Shown: piece after piece, positions 31,404 to 33,787 of the stretch | Position numbering within the stretch: position 1 is the first letter of the stretch | How the letters are laid out: the number at the start of each line of letters is the position of its first letter | NCBI GenBank assembly: GCA_001655205.1 | Contig: LPNZ01008087.1 | Span: forward strand, 1 to 33,787 | Direction: 5' to 3' | Origin: Lenisia limosa | Taxonomy: Eukaryota; Protista; Breviatea | Length of the DNA stretch: 33,787 nucleotides | Program-made: the position numbers and the translations under genes | Notes under the pieces: generated by a model | Databases searched by the model: none | The model's input: only the letters and a program-made list of their open reading frames with translations | What the model was told of the DNA's origin: nothing

Positions 31404-33187
31404 CTATTGAACTGAGCAGGATGAGTCAGACTCCGCCTTGCAATTGGTGTCGGAAGGGAACTATAATGGTCAACTTTTCAACAGGAAACCTCAGAGCATA
31501 ACCCCAACATACAACCTCAGTTTGGAGAGAAGAGAACGAGGAGCGGTCGGAAACAAAAGCACTAAAATAATAACCAAATGAAATAGCATACCCAATTGGA
31601 CACTTGAAAATAGTATTGTACAGTTCAACTGTCGAACCACCAACTGCATAGACACACCCTAAAAGGTTAAAAAAAAAAAGGCGCTGAACAACAGACCTGT
31701 TTTGGGCTGGTCATTTTCAAGACTCAGAGACGCAGTCTTATCCATCTTCAAAGGTAAGAATCGAAGGAACAACCACTGGACGCCTACAAAGAATTTTCCT
31801 CCGCTTCGAACACGGACAGGTGACCAATGAGCCTTATTTAACACAATGCTAAGTTCAGCTGTATCAGCAATGTGGATAGAAGATCTAGAAAGCGATAAAA
31901 ACGACGACAGAGGACAATAAAAATGTAAACTGTTTCACCTACCCATCAGAGGCAAGAATATGTCCGTAAGAAAAGCGGATTTTGTTGAGATTTCTGTAAT
32001 CTTTTGAGCCAATAGTTAACTCAGAGCTCTGGAACAATAAATGGGGAAGCAAACCATACCTCGGCAACCGCAATACAAGGAAGTTCTCTTGAGGAAGGCA
32101 TAACAATATGAGATTGAAGAAGAGTAAAAGATGAGCCTCCGCGAAGACTGAAATGTAAATAATTCAACGGATTCAGAGCCGAAGCTTACTAAAGAGCAGG
32201 GAAGTTGCCTGTGTAAGTTCTCATATTGATTTCCACACTAATGATGGCTGAACCATGGCCAATATCCATTGGAGCATCTGCTGTCACTCCATCCTATCCC
32301 AGTCAATAAGCAAATACTATTGTTTATTCATTTGACAAGAACACATCCCAAAGCTTACCAGAACCATTTCGTTGAAACGGGTAGGGGCATTAATTGAATG
32401 GTTTGAGCATTTCGCAATCTATACATTCATAAGAAGTCAGTAAAATGAAAAACCAAGATTACCCCCCCCCCCAAACAGTAGATTCACTGAGTGATAGGCT
32501 TCCTCCATACACACGGAAACAATTTTGAGACTCACTTTCAACGTGAACGTTCTAAAATGTTTGGCGGAAAATGCAAAAACAAAAAAAAACAGCTTATGAG
32601 TAACCCACTTTCATTTTCAATACACCAGAAGAGTGGAGAACCAAGGCTGAACCTTTGACATCAGCAATGATTGTGAGCTCTTGAATGTACACAAAGGACT
32701 TAAAGTCCATTGCTGTAAAGTGTTTTTCTCCGACGTATCTAGTGCATCAGAAGCTACCATGATAGAGGAACATGAAAAAAGAGCCATCCCTTACCTCAAA
32801 ACACTGTGCAGTCCCTTGACAGATGTTGTGTACCCATGAGAGTTGAACTTCACAGGACCAAAGCTAAAGCAATAAGAACCAAATATGTCTAATGACCCAT
32901 ATCCCCAAACATACGAAAGGTCAGCACTATCTGGAAGCTGAATTACAACCTAAACAATTACATCAACCGAGGAAAAAATCATGGTTTCAGTTTAGCAAAC
33001 ATTATCGGTAATATTGTTTGACTGCTCAACAGCTTCGTTAAAAGAGAGGGAGTCATCAACAATCAAGAGTGTTTCTGCTTTTACAGTTTNNNNNNNNNNN
33101 NNNNNNNNNNNNNNNNNNNNNNNNNNNTTGGAAGAGAACTGTAAAAGAAAGAGAAGCAAGGAAGAAGAGGAAAAATGAGTGCCGCAT
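31404..33187 (-). CDS. Secreted right-handed parallel beta-helix (pectin-lyase-like) repeat protein
   Basis: Signal peptide MRHSFFLFFLASLSFTVLFQ, a gap, then about 14 in-frame exons with beta-helix-like repeats: GSALVLHSSGVLKMKNVHVESESQNCFRVYGGSLSLSESTIAKCS, LYLRGGSSFTLLQSHIV, CIAVAESSELTI, GCVYAVGGSTVELYNTIFKC. Stop TAG at 31404-31406. Confidence 0.7.
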
Positions 33188-33787
33188 TTTCCGAAAGGTC
33201 TTCACAAGTGTTACACACACAGGCTACGCAGTTATATATATTTATATATTTATACACTATACTACTTTTTTTATATTCTAATAAACTTTGAAGTTTGAAC
33301 TTTGAACTTTAATGCATCAATAATCTGGGGGTGTATACAACCCAGGAAACAGANNNNNNNNNNNNNNNNNNNNNNNNNNNNNNNNNNNNNNNNNNNNNNN
33401 NNNNNNNNNNNNNNNNNNNNNNNNNNNNNNNNNNNNNNNNNNNNNNNNNNNNNNNNNNNNNNNNNNNNNNNNNNNNNNNNNNNNNNNNNNNNNNNNNNNN
33501 NNNNNNNNNNNNNNNNNNNNNNNNNNNNNNNNNNNNNNNNNNNNNNNNNNNNNNNNNNNNNNNNNNNCAGTTCGGTTTACAGCAATTTACAGGTAAGATT
33601 TGTCGTAATATTCGTGTACGGTTGATAAAACGCTGCAGTATCATATTAAGTGGCATGCTAAGCCTTTTAGAAGATATTGGAATTGATTTGATGTAGGTTG
33701 AAAAAGACCGCTAGGTATCCTTCGCCCCTCCTGCCCCCTCCGGCCCCCTCCATTCGCTTTCACTCCTTTGGCCCTCCTCAAGCATTA

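Noticed and set aside
32230-32280. DAPMDIGHGSAII resembling protein-L-isoaspartate methyltransferase
   Set aside because: There is no SAM-binding motif, and the flanking exons are beta-helix-like repeats behind a signal peptide.
33078-33148. 11-bp inverted repeat CTTTTACAGTT/AACTGTAAAAG around a gap
   Set aside because: It is short, flanks unknown bases, and lies in coding sequence, so it cannot be told apart from chance or an assembly effect.
33300-33714. Possible + strand gene at the right edge
   Set aside because: The region is mostly N, the visible splice paths hit stops, and no product can be supported.
1-33787. CRISPR arrays, rRNA, transposase or retroelement ORFs, AT-AC introns, in-frame selenocysteine TGA
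   Set aside because: None seen; all resolvable junctions fit GT-AG, and no regularly spaced repeat-spacer array exists.

Overview
Gene-dense, very intron-rich eukaryotic DNA from a compact genome, probably a flagellated protist given two cilium-associated genes. It uses the standard genetic code and has several N gaps. The ORF track is mostly uninformative because nearly every gene is split by many short GT-AG introns (mostly 28-90 nt), so I rebuilt genes by hand-splicing and recognised families from remembered motifs, without a database search. Gene order: multi-CUE + DUF1771/Smr nuclease (+, 5'-partial), WDR17 (+), DNAI7/CASC1 (+), orphan Cys-rich type I membrane protein (-), NFXL1/NF-X1 zinc finger (+), TBC Rab-GAP (-), RPS19 (-), TPT/SLC35 transporter (+), hypothetical (-), PIGW/GWT1 (+), CENATAC/CCDC84-like (-), an odd hypothetical with a multi-TM fragment (+), and a secreted beta-helix protein (-). 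The main observations are four. (1) The branch point sits almost always 7-10 nt (mostly 8-9) from the 3' splice site, and nearer AGs are skipped, in an intron-rich genome. (2) A likely minor-spliceosome factor gene is present. (3) Palindromic/hairpin AT-rich elements inflate the few long introns, and two copies look like flip/flop isomers. (4) Splice junctions are repeatedly duplicated inside introns. No rRNA, tRNA, CRISPR array or transposase was seen.
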